64,000 nt of DNA from an uncultured Candidatus Saccharibacteria bacterium (GCA_964620475.1 CAZUJN010000001.1:4651-68650), one strand, 5' to 3'; shown: positions 35,383 through 45,819, counted from the first letter of the stretch. A program made the numbers and translations. The notes: generated from the sequence alone by a model not told the origin.

Positions 35383-36600
35383 TTATGCAGTCATTAATCT
35401 TTTCTTTGATTGATAAACAAATGTTCCAACCGCAGTTAATATCAATACCATCGTAGCAACCATATAATGTATCCAAGATAGAGATAGACCTGTTGCAGGA
35501 AGATCTCCTAGATATACACCTGACACAGGAGTACCTGATGATATTTTTTGTGTAAATATACCTGATACTGGTGACCCTGATGATATAGAAGATGTATATC
35601 CTGAATAGTTATTTATGTAAGTTGAACAATTTGCTGTTGTTGATCTACCGTTTGAATATACTGTTACCTGTGCATTTTTAGCACCAGCATATGAATAGGT
35701 TTTGTTTATAGCCTGATCATTACCATATAAACTGTCTGTACCTGACCAATAATATGAATAGTTACCATTTCCACCATTCACATTAACCCTCCAAGTAACT
35801 GTTTGATTTATACCAGCATTTGATGGATTAGCATAACATGTTGCTGATAAATTATCATTATAATAATTATCGTTCTCAAATGTAACATCACATGTTTTTG
35901 TAACAGTCTCTTGACCTGATCTTATTGTAACAACAGCTGTTTTAGTACCAGTAGTATATGAGGTAAATGATGTAGCAGAATATGAAGAATAATTCACATC
36001 ACCACTCCAAGAATATGTATAGTTACCAACACCACCTGATGCATAAGCTGTAGCTGTAACAGTTTGACCAACTTTAGGGTTTGAAGGAACTATATTACAA
36101 TAACCAGTTAGATTTACGTGTGTTGGGTTATAAACAACGGCATTACCTCCTGGGTTTGTATAAACATAAACGTTGTTATTGTTAATGTTGTTGTTTATGT
36201 TTGTGCTTGAAGCAACAGCAGTAGCTGTGTTTTTATTATTATTTTTGTTGTTATTCTTATTATTGTTTTTTACAGAAGTGTTTGAATATGAAGGTGTTGC
36301 TGATGTATAAGGGTTATAACCTGAGTAACCAGCGTAATAAGAATATGGCATAGAATATGAACTATATGATGGGTATGAGTATGAGGAATATGAAGGATAT
36401 GAGTATGTAGGTGTGTATGAGTATGATGTATAAGGAACATAATCAGTATAACCACCAGAAGTAGTCCAACCAGAACCAGAATTCCAACTATCTGTACCAT
36501 ATGAACCTGTTGGTCCAGCAAAAGTAACAGTAGGAAACATAAATACAGCAAAAACCGCAGTAAATATTAGTTTTTTAGTTTGTGTGTTTGTTTTTAACAT
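35383..36600 (-). CDS. Cell-surface protein with N-terminal signal peptide, Tyr/Ser-rich (SYSYPSYSSYSYP) and (NNNK)n repeats, Ig-like repeats, and C-terminal LPATG sorting signal + hydrophobic helix + KKR tail (sortase substrate)
   Basis: C-terminus ...DLPATGLSLSWIHYMVATMVLILTAVGTFVYQSKKRLMTA. Confidence 0.7.
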   Translation of the reverse strand: MLKTNTQTKKLIFTAVFAVFMFPTVTFAGPTGSYGTDSWNSGSGWTTSGGYTDYVPYTSYSYTPTYSYPSYSSYSYPSYSSYSMPYSYYAGYSGYNPYTSATPSYSNTSVKNNNKNNNKNNNKNTATAVASSTNINNNINNNNVYVYTNPGGNAVVYNPTHVNLTGYCNIVPSNPKVGQTVTATAYASGGVGNYTYSWSGDVNYSSYSATSFTSYTTGTKTAVVTIRSGQETVTKTCDVTFENDNYYNDNLSATCYANPSNAGINQTVTWRVNVNGGNGNYSYYWSGTDSLYGNDQAINKTYSYAGAKNAQVTVYSNGRSTTANCSTYINNYSGYTSSISSGSPVSGIFTQKISSGTPVSGVYLGDLPATGLSLSWIHYMVATMVLILTAVGTFVYQSKKRLMTA

Positions 36601-36703
36601 GATGTATATATATTAGCATACTTGATACTATTTGTCAAGCACTTATATAACCCCAAAAGATAATACAAGTGACAAAAAGCCTTTATTTATATAAATAAAA
36701 TTA

Positions 36704-36723
36704 CCTCGGTGTTTCCACCGAGG
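36704..36723 (-). terminator. Strong terminator hairpin (cctcggtg-gaaa-caccgagg) followed by T-rich tract on minus-strand transcript
   Basis: 8-bp GC-rich stem 3' of the L,D-transpeptidase gene. Confidence 0.6.
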
Positions 36724-36759
36724 CTGTGCCAGATTTATACGTACCGGCTCAAAAAAACG

Positions 36760-37428
36760 TTAATTTTGAACAACTGTCACTTTTATGCCCACAGACACAA
36801 GACGAAACAATTGAACACCAGCGGGTTCAGACACCCTGATACAACCACGGGATGCAAAGGACAGGTCACCACAATGGATGTATATACCGCGATCTTTAGA
36901 TACAAGTAACGCTTTGGGCATTCTTGCACCTTTGATTTCACGAGATACATGTAGGGACTCCTTGTCGGAAATGGTATAATCTCCTGCACTGATCTGCCTG
37001 TGTTCACCCTCTCTCTCTGAGGTTTGGCAGCGAACCCTACCCATGATTTCACCTTTACCAAAACAGATGATTTCACCTTTTCCGTTGGTATCAAAGGAGA
37101 TTTTAAGGGTGTCAATCGCTGCACCGACAACAAAAAAGCTTGATTTTGTCGACATTGCCTTTGTCACAAGGTTTTTATCAACCTTCCACAGAAACTCTGC
37201 GAAGGTCTCTTTGTCGACCATTTCCTGGAGATCCAGTTTATCAACCTTACCCCAGTTCTTTTGGAGGATAGAGACAACAGCCTCTTTGGAATATTTTCCC
37301 TTGTCCTTTCCGGACCACCCCCACTCAGCTTCATCGCCACCAAAAGTGGAAACTTGTGCAAAACAAGAAGAGGCAAAGGCGGCAAAAAACATGAGAAAAG
37401 CGAACAGAAGTTTTTGAGATGTGTTCAT
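36760..37428 (-). CDS. Secreted L,D-transpeptidase (YkuD-fold) domain protein; GC-rich relative to genome
   Basis: Signal peptide; catalytic motif IYIHCGDLSFASRGCIRVSEPAG (His...Cys of L,D-TPase). Confidence 0.65.
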   Translation of the reverse strand: MNTSQKLLFAFLMFFAAFASSCFAQVSTFGGDEAEWGWSGKDKGKYSKEAVVSILQKNWGKVDKLDLQEMVDKETFAEFLWKVDKNLVTKAMSTKSSFFVVGAAIDTLKISFDTNGKGEIICFGKGEIMGRVRCQTSEREGEHRQISAGDYTISDKESLHVSREIKGARMPKALLVSKDRGIYIHCGDLSFASRGCIRVSEPAGVQLFRLVSVGIKVTVVQN

Positions 37429-37547
37429 GATTGTTGGTTGTTATTGATTGAAGTTTGACTTTTATATACTATCATATTTAACTTAAAAAGTCAATAGTGT
37501 TTATTTAAAATACCTATATTTAATATATATAAAATAAAAAACCCGCC

Positions 37548-37580
37548 AAAAAAGGCGGTAATTTTTTAGGATGTTTTTTT
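37548..37580. terminator. Bidirectional terminator (cccgcc-aaaaaa-ggcgg with flanking A/T runs)
   Basis: Hairpin 3' of 37593..38054(-). Confidence 0.55.
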
Positions 37581-37592
37581 CATCCCGAAGAC

Positions 37593-38054
37593 TCAATTGA
37601 GTCCAGGTTGGTACCTGGTTATTGCAAAACCACCAGGTTGACCGAAGCTAGAAGGCCTTAGGCTGCACCCTTGCTGAGAGTACAAACCCTGTGCGGCACT
37701 AGTCAGCTGACCCTGAGAAGGCCACCTTCCTGTGCGACGAAACACCCCCTCGGCATAATCTTCAAGCCCTGCCCTTACGTTGTTGGTGGCACCTTGTGGA
37801 GCATCGCCCGAAACCTCAATATAGGCACGGCGGTTCACGGTGTGGGCTTGGCGGGTATAACCGCTAACTTGAGGTTCACCCCCGCCATACGGGTTATACC
37901 CGCGGTAGGGGTTGTAACCCATATATTGTTGAGGGCCCTGGAAACCAGGATATGGAGGTTGTGCACCCACCGGACCATATTGGATCGGCGGCACACATGA
38001 AGTGGTGATGAAGGCAAACAGAGAGACGGCGATAGAGGAGACGATGGTTTTCAT
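37593..38054 (-). CDS. Secreted/lipoprotein-like Pro/Gly/Tyr/Gln-rich protein; GC-rich relative to genome
   Basis: Signal peptide with possible lipobox (ITTSC); no catalytic motif. Confidence 0.4.
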   Translation of the reverse strand: MKTIVSSIAVSLFAFITTSCVPPIQYGPVGAQPPYPGFQGPQQYMGYNPYRGYNPYGGGEPQVSGYTRQAHTVNRRAYIEVSGDAPQGATNNVRAGLEDYAEGVFRRTGRWPSQGQLTSAAQGLYSQQGCSLRPSSFGQPGGFAITRYQPGLN

Positions 38055-38225
38055 GATTCGATTGGATTGATTGTTGGTTGGTGCGTGGAACTCATACTTA
38101 TGAGTCCCTTACATGCTTATATATTAACATATTTGTAACCAAAAGTCAACCCTTATACTGCCCCACACAAACAACAAAAACACACACCCCTAGCACAAAA
38201 ACACATAAACATTTACAATTAGTAC

Positions 38226-39908
38226 ATGAATGTAATCTTTGATGAAGAAAAAAAGAATCAACAACTAAAACAAATGAGACAGGACGAAGATGAAAGACTT
38301 GTTCAGATGTTATCGGACAGATATTCTATACCCTATATAAATCTCTCTACTTTTTCTATAAACACAGACGCATTAAGATTATTAGATCAAGAAATAGCCA
38401 AAAAATCAGAATGTGTAATATTTGATATAGTTGGTAAAAAAATACACCTAGCAATATATAACCCCTCAAACGAGTCACTCGAGGATACAGTTGATGGACT
38501 AAAAAGAAAAGGATATGAAATAATTTTTCACATAGCTTCTAAGTTTAGCTTGGATAAAGCTTATGCTTTATACAAAGATTTATCTTTTGCTGTTGAAACA
38601 GAGGCTGGGTCTCTTGATATATCAGACGATGAAATAGAAGAACTTGTTGAAAAAACAGAAAACCTAGAAGATATAAAGAAGTTTTTAACAGAGGCATTAC
38701 AAGAAAAAAAGAGTCATAAACTTTCTAAGTTGTTAGCTGTTATAATGGCTGGAGGTCTTGCCACAAAAGCTTCTGATATACACATAGAAGCTGAAGATGG
38801 TTTCTCTAAGTTAAGATATAGAATAGATGGTGTTTTAATAGAAGCAACACAATTTGATTTAGATACATATCATTCATTGCTTTCTAGATTAAAACTTTTG
38901 TCAGGCTTAAAACTAAATGTAAAAGATAATGCACAAGACGGAAGATTTACTATTAAAATATACACAAATGATATAGAGATTCGTGTATCTACAATACCCG
39001 GATCATATGGTGAATCAATAGTTATGCGTATATTGAATCCAAAATCTATATCTTCAGGTTTAGAAGAACTTGGTTTTAATAAAAGACTTTACGATATAGT
39101 TATAAAAGAAATAAACAGACCAAACGGTATGATACTTTTAACAGGTCCAACCGGTTCTGGTAAGACAACAACACTATATGCTTTCTTAAAAAAGACAATG
39201 TCTCCTGAATATAAAATCATAACCATAGAAGATCCTGTTGAATATCATTTACCAGGTATAGTTCAAACACAAGTTGATGAGAAAAAAGGTTATACCTTTG
39301 GCGAAGGATTAAGATCTATAGTTAGACAAGACCCTGATATTATATTAGTTGGTGAGATTCGTGATGGAGAAACTGCTCAAACAGCAATACAGGCCTCACT
39401 CACAGGTCACCTTGTTTTTTCAACACTACACACTAACAACGCTGCCGGAACTTTTATAAGACTTATAGACTTAGGTGCTGATCCAAAAACACTCACCTCA
39501 TCCCTTCATTTAGCTATAGCACAAAGATTAGTAAGAACTCTTTGTCCAAAATGTAAACAATTAAAAGACATAGACGAAAAACAAAATAAAATAATACAAG
39601 AAACCATAGATTCACTTGAAGGATATGAGGAAAGAAGTGAGGTAACAGAGATACCAAAACAACTTTATGCCGCAGTTGGTTGTGCCGAATGTAACAACAC
39701 AGGATATAAAGGGCGTGTTGGTGTTCATGAAGGAATATTATCTACAGAAAAGATAGAACAAGTTGTATCATCAAACCCTAGTGAGAGAGAAATAAAAGAA
39801 GCTGCTTTAGAACAAAAAATATTAACAATGAAACAAGACGGTGTTTTGAAAATATTAAAAGGAATTACCACATTAGACGAGCTAGAAAGGATTGTTGATA
39901 TATATTAA
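38226..39908 (+). CDS. pilB: Type II/IV secretion-system ATPase (PilB/GspE family; type IV pilus assembly ATPase)
   Basis: Walker A LLTGPTGSGKTTT, Asp box, His box, CPxC...CxxC tetracysteine (CPKC...CAEC) typical of GspE/PilB. Confidence 0.85.
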   Translation: MNVIFDEEKKNQQLKQMRQDEDERLVQMLSDRYSIPYINLSTFSINTDALRLLDQEIAKKSECVIFDIVGKKIHLAIYNPSNESLEDTVDGLKRKGYEIIFHIASKFSLDKAYALYKDLSFAVETEAGSLDISDDEIEELVEKTENLEDIKKFLTEALQEKKSHKLSKLLAVIMAGGLATKASDIHIEAEDGFSKLRYRIDGVLIEATQFDLDTYHSLLSRLKLLSGLKLNVKDNAQDGRFTIKIYTNDIEIRVSTIPGSYGESIVMRILNPKSISSGLEELGFNKRLYDIVIKEINRPNGMILLTGPTGSGKTTTLYAFLKKTMSPEYKIITIEDPVEYHLPGIVQTQVDEKKGYTFGEGLRSIVRQDPDIILVGEIRDGETAQTAIQASLTGHLVFSTLHTNNAAGTFIRLIDLGADPKTLTSSLHLAIAQRLVRTLCPKCKQLKDIDEKQNKIIQETIDSLEGYEERSEVTEIPKQLYAAVGCAECNNTGYKGRVGVHEGILSTEKIEQVVSSNPSEREIKEAALEQKILTMKQDGVLKILKGITTLDELERIVDIY

Positions 39909-40171
39909 AAAAAAATTTTAGTCAATTGACTAATAAAAAAATAAAACATATCATAAAAAAAGAATGACCCTTTAAATCTCCAAGCAAAACTTTTTTAGTT
40001 AATAAAAAAGCTCAATATGTTTTCAAGGATAGCCTCAGGAATATAGTAAACTATACACCAAAGCGTCCTCTAACTCATACCAAAAACCCGGAGGGTTCAT
40101 TGCTTGGAGACTTAAAAAGTCATTACATCTTTATCAAATAACTAAGACTAGTATAGCACAATGCTACCCCT

Positions 40172-41179
40172 ATGTCAAGCGACCTAAATAACATCAAAAA
40201 TAAGGCTCCAGAAGACAAGGTTTTGGACCAAACACTCCGACCTTCTTCTTTTGATGAATATATAGGACAAGAAAATATAAAGAATAACTTAAAAATACTT
40301 CTTCAGGCTGCAAAAGGTAGAAACCATGCACCAGAACATATACTTTTTTATGGTTCACCAGGTTTAGGCAAGACAACTTTAGCTTATCTTATAGCAAAAG
40401 AATTAGGTGTTCAAATGAAAGTTACATCCGGACCGGCAATAGAAAGAGTTGGTGATCTTGCGTCGATATTAACAAACCTTTCACCGGGAGATATTTTGTT
40501 TATAGATGAGATACATAGATTAAACAAAGCTGTTGAAGAGATACTCTACCCCGCCATGGAATCAGGACAAATGGATATAATAGTTGGAAAAGGACCAGCA
40601 GCAAGAACAATACAATTAGAATTACCACCTTTTACATTAATAGCAGCGACAACAAGAGTTGCGATGATATCATCACCTCTTAGGTCTCGTTTTTCTGGTG
40701 GGGTTTTTAAATTAGAATTTTATAATAACAAAGAAATACAATCTATAGTAGAAAGATCTGCTAATATTTTAAATATAAAACTTGAAAAAAATGCAGCAAA
40801 ATACATAGCAGATAGAAGCAGAAAAACCCCAAGAACAGCAAACTATTTATTAAAAAGATGTCGTGATTTAGCTCAAGTTTATGAAAAAGATTTAGATGAA
40901 GATATAGTTATAGAAGCTTTAAACATGATAGGAACAGACAGTGTTGGTTTAAATAAATCAGATATAGATCTTTTAGAAATTATAATACACAAGTACAACG
41001 GTGGTCCTGTTGGTCTTTCAACTATAGCAGCCTCTTTATCAGAAGATGAAGCAACCATAGAAGATTTCAATGAACCATATTTAATACAGTTGGGTTTTTT
41101 AGACAGAACACCTCGCGGTCGTGTTGTAACAAAATCAGCTTATGATCATTTAAATATTACTTATACAAAAAATGATTAA
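40172..41179 (+). CDS. ruvB: Holliday junction branch migration ATPase RuvB
   Basis: LRPSSFDEYIGQE, Walker A GSPGLGKTTLA, DEIHRL. Confidence 0.95.
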   Translation: MSSDLNNIKNKAPEDKVLDQTLRPSSFDEYIGQENIKNNLKILLQAAKGRNHAPEHILFYGSPGLGKTTLAYLIAKELGVQMKVTSGPAIERVGDLASILTNLSPGDILFIDEIHRLNKAVEEILYPAMESGQMDIIVGKGPAARTIQLELPPFTLIAATTRVAMISSPLRSRFSGGVFKLEFYNNKEIQSIVERSANILNIKLEKNAAKYIADRSRKTPRTANYLLKRCRDLAQVYEKDLDEDIVIEALNMIGTDSVGLNKSDIDLLEIIIHKYNGGPVGLSTIAASLSEDEATIEDFNEPYLIQLGFLDRTPRGRVVTKSAYDHLNITYTKND

Positions 41180-41684
41180 AAATAACAAAAAAATAATTTT
41201 ATCTATTGATCCTGGTTTTGAAAGGTTAGGTATATGTATTTTGGAAAAAGATTATAGTTTATCAAACAAAAATATAAAAATTATTTATTCGGAATGTTTC
41301 AAAACATCAAAAGAATTGGTTTTTGAGGAGAGGTTGTTAAATATAGGTAAACACATAGAATCAATAATAAAAAAACATAAACCAACAGGTTTGGCTATAG
41401 AAAACCTTTTTATGACAACAAATCAAAAAACTGCCTTTAGGGTTTCTGAAGTTAGAGGTGTTTTATTATATATATCAAAAATCAATCAAATGAATGTTTT
41501 TGAATATACCCCTCTTCAAATAAAATCCGCCATAACAGGTTCTGGCAAAAGCGACAAAACGGCGGTTCAGAAAATGTTATTGATTTTATTACCTGAATTA
41601 AAGAATTCAAGCAAAAAAATAGATGATGAGTATGATGCCATAGCTTGTGGATTAACACACTTTGCATTAGAGAAAAGATTATGA
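41172..41684 (+). CDS. ruvC: Holliday junction resolvase RuvC
   Basis: IILSIDPGFERLGICILE N-terminal catalytic Asp region; 170 aa; overlaps ruvB stop. Confidence 0.85.
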   Translation: MIKNNKKIILSIDPGFERLGICILEKDYSLSNKNIKIIYSECFKTSKELVFEERLLNIGKHIESIIKKHKPTGLAIENLFMTTNQKTAFRVSEVRGVLLYISKINQMNVFEYTPLQIKSAITGSGKSDKTAVQKMLLILLPELKNSSKKIDDEYDAIACGLTHFALEKRL

Positions 41685-41699
41685 TTAAATATTAAAATC

Positions 41700-41981
41700 A
41701 TGCCAAAGAAAAAAGATCTAAATATACAACAACCAGTAGTAAACAATAACGAGGATGAGTTGCAAGATGTTTTGTCTTTAGGTGATTTAGGTATAGATTT
41801 AGGTGACGATGATTTACTCATAACAACAGAAGAAACAATAACTGTTATAACAGAGGAAGATGAAGAATTATTAGAAGATGAAGAATTTTTACTCGGCTAT
41901 AATAAGAAAAAAAATAAAAAAAACAGTTCTGAAGAAGACGATATAGAGGATTTTGATAGTTATTTTTATCAAGAAGAATAA
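41700..41981 (+). CDS. Small highly acidic hypothetical protein
   Basis: 93 aa, D/E-rich; no motif. Confidence 0.35.
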   Translation: MPKKKDLNIQQPVVNNNEDELQDVLSLGDLGIDLGDDDLLITTEETITVITEEDEELLEDEEFLLGYNKKKNKKNSSEEDDIEDFDSYFYQEE

Positions 41982-41997
41982 ATGTTACTATATATAC

Positions 41998-44445
41998 ATG
42001 TTAAAGAAAGTAAAAAAACTGGTTTATAAACTTGAGGATTTTTTGATTAATACTATAACTTATATAATTAGGTTTTTAAGGAAAAGAAAAAAAGGTTATA
42101 CAAAAACAGAAGATTTTATTTATAAAAGTTTTATTGTTTTATTATCTGTTTTTATGTTATCTGCTGGTGTATTCATGATATGGTTTTCGACTTTAAAAAC
42201 ACCGGATATAAACATGTTTGATGATAAACTTCTAGGTCAATCCGCAAAAATATATGATAGGACAGGTAACATCTTGTTATATGATTTAAGTCAAAAAGTA
42301 AGAAGATCTGTTGTGCCTTTGGATCAAATTTCTCCTTATATAGTAAATGCTACAATAGCTATAGAGGATAATGATTTTTATAATCATGATGGTATAAAAA
42401 TAAAATCTCTTTTAAGAGCTGTTTTAGCAAATGTTTTAGATAGAGGTTATAGTCAAGGTGGTTCAACAATAACACAACAAGTTGTTAAAAACTCACTATT
42501 AACAACCGATAAAAAAATAACAAGAAAAATAAAAGAGATTTTCCTTGCTCTTAAATTGGAAAGAAATTTAACAAAGAATGAAATTCTTACATTATATTTA
42601 AATAACTCACCTTATGGTGGAAACATATATGGTGTTGAGGAAGCAACACAATTATTTTTTGATAAAAAAGCTTCTGATGTTACCTTAGCCGAAGCTGCTG
42701 TTATAGCATCTTTACCACAAGCACCATCTAGATATAATCCGTATAGTGGAAAAAAAGAGGCTTTGTTAGAAAGAAAAAATCTTGTGTTAGCAAATATGCT
42801 TAGATTAAAAATGATTAATGAGGATCAATATAATCAAGCTAAAAACGAAAACATAGTTTTTCAACCAAGAAATCTAGGTTCAATAAAAGCGCCTCATTTT
42901 GTGATGTATATAAAAGATCAACTTGAAAAAAAATATGGGTTGGAAAAATTATCAGAAGGTGGTTTTAAGGTTATAAGTACAATAGATTATGATATACAAA
43001 AAAAGGGTGAGGAAATAGCCTCAAATTACATAAAATCAAATCAAAAACGCTTTAATGCAGAGAATGGTGCAATGGTTGCTATAGACCCTAAAACAGGGCA
43101 AATATTAGCAATGATAGGCTCTAGAGACTACTTTGATACAGACATAGATGGTAACTTTAATGTTGCTACCGCTTATAGACAACCAGGTTCTTCTTTTAAA
43201 CCTTTTGTTTATGCCGAAGCTTTTAATAAAGGCTTTTTACCTCAAACAATACTTTTCGATACACCCACAGAATTTTCTTCAGAATGTACACCATCAGGAA
43301 CACCAAAACACCCAGAAGCCGTGTGTTATAAACCTCAAAACTATGAAGGGGGTTATAAAGGTCCTATAACAATAAGATATGCACTTGGTGCCTCAAGAAA
43401 CATACCTGCTGTAAAAGCTATATATTTGGTAGGAATACAACCTGTTATAAATCTAGCAAAAATAATGGGTGTATCAAATCTAGAAGACGCATCAAAATAT
43501 GGTTTATCTCTAGCCTTAGGTTCAGCTGATGTTTCCCTTCTTGATATGACAAGTGCTTATGGTGTCTTTGCCAATGATGGTATAAGAAACAATGTTACAG
43601 GTATATTAAAAATAGAGGATGAGAATGGAAAAATTTTAGAAGAATATGAACCATCACCTAAAAAAGTATTAAACGAACAGGTGGCACGTATGATGAATGA
43701 TATTTTATCTGATCCCGCAGCAAGAAATTCTATTTTTGTTAAAAATTATTTCAAAGATGATATTGTTGCATTAAAGACAGGAACAACAAACAATTCTCGT
43801 GATGCTTGGACTATAGGTTACACACCAACAGTGGTTATGGGTGCTTGGATGGGTAATAACAATAATAAACCCATGTCACAAATAGCTTCTGCGTTGATAG
43901 TCTCACCTATGTGGAAACAATATATGGATTTTATATTAACAAAAGTTAATAAAGAAGATTTTATAAAACCAGACGAAATAACAGAAGATGTTAAACCATT
44001 TTTTAAAGGATCTTATAAAACAGCAGATGGTGTTGCACACAGTGAGTTGTATTGGATAGACAGAGATGATATATCAGGTGCACAACCATCCAACCCTGCA
44101 AAAGATCCGTTGTTTTATAATTTTGAAAATTCTATATACAACGATAGTCAAACTTTTAGTAGTGGTAATAATAATTCAGGATTATCTATAAGTTTATCAA
44201 ATAAAACATTAAATAAAAAAGATAATTTATCTATAACAGTTTCTGGTTATGATGAAAAAACAAGTAAAATTGATTATATTATTAATAATAATAAAATAGT
44301 TAGCTTAGGTAATCCTCCTTATAATTACACTGTTAATATTGGTTTATTATCAAACATAGAACCAGAAAACGAATTAAAGGTTGTTGAATATAGAAACGAT
44401 GGAACAACAAGAATATCCACATCATACTTTACAGTTCAAGAATAA
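41998..44445 (+). CDS. Class A penicillin-binding protein (PBP1A: glycosyltransferase + transpeptidase) with C-terminal extra domain; start probably ATG 41998 (MLKKVKK...) rather than ORF-track 41953
   Basis: GT51 motifs IAIEDNDFYNHDGI, RKIKE; transpeptidase SSFKP (SxxK), SRN, KTGT motifs. Confidence 0.9.
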   Translation: MLKKVKKLVYKLEDFLINTITYIIRFLRKRKKGYTKTEDFIYKSFIVLLSVFMLSAGVFMIWFSTLKTPDINMFDDKLLGQSAKIYDRTGNILLYDLSQKVRRSVVPLDQISPYIVNATIAIEDNDFYNHDGIKIKSLLRAVLANVLDRGYSQGGSTITQQVVKNSLLTTDKKITRKIKEIFLALKLERNLTKNEILTLYLNNSPYGGNIYGVEEATQLFFDKKASDVTLAEAAVIASLPQAPSRYNPYSGKKEALLERKNLVLANMLRLKMINEDQYNQAKNENIVFQPRNLGSIKAPHFVMYIKDQLEKKYGLEKLSEGGFKVISTIDYDIQKKGEEIASNYIKSNQKRFNAENGAMVAIDPKTGQILAMIGSRDYFDTDIDGNFNVATAYRQPGSSFKPFVYAEAFNKGFLPQTILFDTPTEFSSECTPSGTPKHPEAVCYKPQNYEGGYKGPITIRYALGASRNIPAVKAIYLVGIQPVINLAKIMGVSNLEDASKYGLSLALGSADVSLLDMTSAYGVFANDGIRNNVTGILKIEDENGKILEEYEPSPKKVLNEQVARMMNDILSDPAARNSIFVKNYFKDDIVALKTGTTNNSRDAWTIGYTPTVVMGAWMGNNNNKPMSQIASALIVSPMWKQYMDFILTKVNKEDFIKPDEITEDVKPFFKGSYKTADGVAHSELYWIDRDDISGAQPSNPAKDPLFYNFENSIYNDSQTFSSGNNNSGLSISLSNKTLNKKDNLSITVSGYDEKTSKIDYIINNNKIVSLGNPPYNYTVNIGLLSNIEPENELKVVEYRNDGTTRISTSYFTVQE

Positions 44446-44686
44446 TATCTTTGTTTAAAGATTTTAAAGATTGATTTAGTTTATTAAGATTTAGAAATAA
44501 AACAAACTTTTTATTAGAGTTTGTTTTTATTTTTATTTTATTTTTATTTAAAAATATCTCATTGCTATAAATATCTATACTAGTATTATTTTTAATAATA
44601 TTTAATATATCATTAATTAGTTTATCAAAATCTTTTTTTTGATTTTTAATGTCTAATATGTTTGATAAATCTTTTATATTCTTCAT
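44429..44686 (-). CDS. Small hypothetical protein downstream of dnaN
   Basis: 85-aa AT-rich ORF; weak. Confidence 0.2.
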   Translation of the reverse strand: MKNIKDLSNILDIKNQKKDFDKLINDILNIIKNNTSIDIYSNEIFLNKNKIKIKTNSNKKFVLFLNLNKLNQSLKSLNKDIILEL

Positions 44687-44694
44687 ATAAATAA

Positions 44695-45819
44695 CTATTT
44701 ATTCATAGGCATAACCATGTAAACATAACTATTATCATTCTTAGGTTTAATAACAGTAGGTGTTGTTTTTCCACTAATACCTATATTAACCTTATCTGAT
44801 TTTATTTTATTTAGGAAATCTGATAAATATCTATGATTATAGTTTTGTGTTATATTTTCACCTTTTTTAATTATATTTTTTGTTGAAAAAGTCTCACCTA
44901 TTTTATTGTTTTTAGAATAAAATTCTATATCATTATCTTTTATATCAACTTTAACATAGTTAAAATCATCAGAAAAAATATTAGATGCTTTTAAAGCATT
45001 AACAACATCATTTGTTTCAACTTCTATTTCAGTAATAAATTGGGTTGGTATTATTGCTTTATAATTAGGATATAAACCTGAAACAGTTCTAACACATAAC
45101 AAACTGTCGGATGTTTTTACACAAAATAAACCTTTTTCAAGAAAAATCGATATTGATATGTTTGAATATATAACTTTCAATAAATCATTTAATATTTTAG
45201 CTGATATAAGTATTTGTTTAAAATCTTCAATATTTTTGATATCATCTTTATTTATTTTTTTCTTTTTTTCAGCTAATCTAAAACCATCTGTTGCAACAAA
45301 ATATATAGTTTCATTGTCATAAGACATAAGAACACAAGATAGTTCTGGTTTTATACTAGATAGAGCAGCTGCAAAAGAAACTGATTGTATACCATCTATT
45401 AAAATATCCGAGTTAATAACCAAATTATTATCGTTATTTACATTAAAACTGGTCAAATTTGGATAGTTTGAAGCTGAAACGGTTTGTATATTAGATTCTT
45501 GGTTTTTAACCTTTATTTTAAGAGAATTTTCATTAAATTCTAAAATAACATTTTCATTTTTATCAAATAAGTTTAAATAACTTAAAATAATATTAGGATT
45601 TATACATATTTTTTTTGTTTTTCCTTCTGATAAGGTTTTAATGAAAACCTCTTGAGTATAAAATATATCTAGATTATAACTTGTTATCTTAAGATTGGAT
45701 GAATCAACAACTTCTAAAAGAATATTTTCTAAAATAGGTTGATTAGGATTCTTAATTGTTACCTTAGAAGCCTTACCTATTACATCTATTAATAATTCGT
45801 TTATTGTTTCTATCTGCAT
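44695..45819 (-). CDS. dnaN: DNA polymerase III beta sliding clamp
   Basis: 374 aa, position immediately downstream of dnaA; N-terminal pattern ...LENILLEVVDSSNLKITSYNLDI typical of beta clamp. Confidence 0.8.
   Translation of the reverse strand: MQIETINELLIDVIGKASKVTIKNPNQPILENILLEVVDSSNLKITSYNLDIFYTQEVFIKTLSEGKTKKICINPNIILSYLNLFDKNENVILEFNENSLKIKVKNQESNIQTVSASNYPNLTSFNVNNDNNLVINSDILIDGIQSVSFAAALSSIKPELSCVLMSYDNETIYFVATDGFRLAEKKKKINKDDIKNIEDFKQILISAKILNDLLKVIYSNISISIFLEKGLFCVKTSDSLLCVRTVSGLYPNYKAIIPTQFITEIEVETNDVVNALKASNIFSDDFNYVKVDIKDNDIEFYSKNNKIGETFSTKNIIKKGENITQNYNHRYLSDFLNKIKSDKVNIGISGKTTPTVIKPKNDNSYVYMVMPMNK

Noticed and set aside
36270-36551. His/Leu-rich 93-aa minus-strand ORF (HTHTHLHTH...)
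   Set aside because: Alternative frame inside the LPATG surface-protein gene; produced by the Tyr/Ser repeat codons read out of frame.
39909-40171. SRP (4.5S) RNA assignment for the ruvB-upstream intergenic region
   Set aside because: Only a loose resemblance to the domain IV consensus; kept as a low-interest possible ncRNA, not called as a feature.
44480-44560. Short ttttatttta simple-sequence tract
   Set aside because: Low-complexity AT repeat in a gene-end region, not a CRISPR array or structured repeat.
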